From the NCBI GenBank assembly GCA_001687465.1, contig LVLI01000085.1:1-64000 (forward strand): a stretch of DNA of 64,000 bases. Direction: 5' to 3'. A program made the position numbers and the translations under genes. Positions 62,806 through 64,000 of this stretch are shown one piece after another. Under the pieces are notes generated by a model that saw nothing but the letters and a program-made list of their open reading frames with translations, was not told where the DNA came from and searched no databases. The DNA is from Halocafeteria seosinensis. Taxonomy: Eukaryota. The stretch's first letter is position 1. Each line of letters starts with the position of its first letter.

Positions 62806-63958
62806 ATGGGCGAAGAAGCTAAAATACATATTGGAAACCTCTCTGCGGATGCCACGAGAGAGGAATTGGAGGACAAATTCGGCGTGTTTGGGGCTGTAAA
62901 GAGTGCATGGTATGTTCATTTTCATCGTCACGACATACTAAATGTTGTACTAGTGCATTTCGTGGGCTTGCAGGGTAGCGAAAAAGCCCCCCGGATTCGG
63001 CTTTGTGGTAGGTCAAAACGCACCATGGGGTGAGGCGCTTGCCGTGGTGGAATACAGTAGTATGCTCTGTATCCGCAGGTAATGGAGCGCAAGAGCGATG
63101 CTGAAACAGCCATCGAGAAGCTAAATGAGACGGAAATGTATGGAAAAACGGTGACGATGGATTGGGCCAAGAGCAAGAATCCAAGGCCTTCTGGAAGAGG
63201 TGAGTCCTCGAAAGAGCAGTAAATTCGGAGAGCTGATTCTTATAGTTGATACGGACGCAGGGCCACCGCCGCCTCGAAGAGGACCGCGAGATGACTATGG
63301 GCGGCCACCCAGTCGTGGACGTCGTGAAGAATATCCACCACCCCGTCGTAGCAGTCGTGACGACTATCCACCTCGTGACAGCTATCGAGGAAGAAGCAGG
63401 AGCCCCAGATCCTACCGCCGACGCAGCAGAACACCGCCACCTCCTCCTAGAGACTACCGAAGAAGCCCTCCACCCAGAGACTACTATGAACCCCGGTCTC
63501 CAGGATACCGACGAGAGCGAAGCCCCAGTCCCCCGCGGCGTTCTCCCCCACATGAGAGAAGATCTCGTAGCAGAGACAGGGATGGGTACCGCCCTAGACG
63601 CCGCTCTTTCGATGATTACGACCGTCCACGACCAAGTCGTAGTCCTTCGCCATATGATAGACGCCGGAGTGGATATGAAGATGGACATCGTGAACCACGC
63701 TATGACGACAGACGTCCGCGAGACTATGATCGTCCTCGTTCTGCTGACCGCAGAAGTAGACGCCGCTCTGAGGGCGGAGCTGAGCGAAGGCCGTCGGGAG
63801 AACGGCGGAAAACAAGGTCTCGCTCTCCTCGGGGTGAAGCTACGGAACCTGAGGCCAATGGCCGCTCCTCACGACCTCGCGACCGCAGGGATCATCATGA
63901 CTCCGAAGGAGACCGGAATATGTCCTCGGTTGTGGAACCTGCGCATGCCACCCAGTAA
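62806..63958 (+). CDS. SR splicing factor (SRSF3/SRSF7-like): single RRM plus RS/RD-rich domain
   Basis: KIHIGNL, W|VAKKPPGFGFV, DAETAIEKLN; long RS/RD tail; three introns. Confidence 0.92.
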
Positions 63959-64000
63959 ATGACACCAAAACTCGACTACCAAAATAGAGCTCCGCTTGCA

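Noticed and set aside
62819..63962. Long antisense (289 aa) and alternative-frame (238 aa) ORFs over the SR gene
   Set aside because: Expected by-products of low-complexity Arg/Ser/Pro codons lacking stops.

Overview
Gene-dense eukaryotic (protist) DNA with short GT-AG introns of about 55-80 nt; the long ERD2-like form, PTA-type phosphate transporter and SRFR1/TTC13 gene suggest a SAR lineage, possibly a stramenopile (inference). The window starts inside an apparently intact, intronless Helitron2/Helentron-type Rep ORF (minus strand, 3619 to <1) that the supplied ORF track missed. Housekeeping genes follow, often head-to-head: phosphate transporter, SRFR1/TTC13, TTBK/CK1 kinase, two tandem Patched/NPC1-like genes, kinesin-4, two ankyrin proteins, LhgO, ERD2-like receptor, SAC3/LENG8, a PA-RING E3, MYST HAT, TMEM18, MoaC, a poxvirus VP39-type cap methyltransferase and an SR protein. 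Two unstable accessory islands interrupt them. The first (~25.6-32.2 kb) holds an LRR fusion gene and a FAM20C/Four-jointed-like secretory kinase with its pseudogene. The second (~40.4-46.7 kb) holds a frameshifted U-box, a homogenised LRR array, a segmental duplication with filled and empty insertion sites, and short retroposon-like inserts with target-site duplications. No rRNA, tRNA or CRISPR array is supported. All calls rest on manual motif reading; no searches were run.
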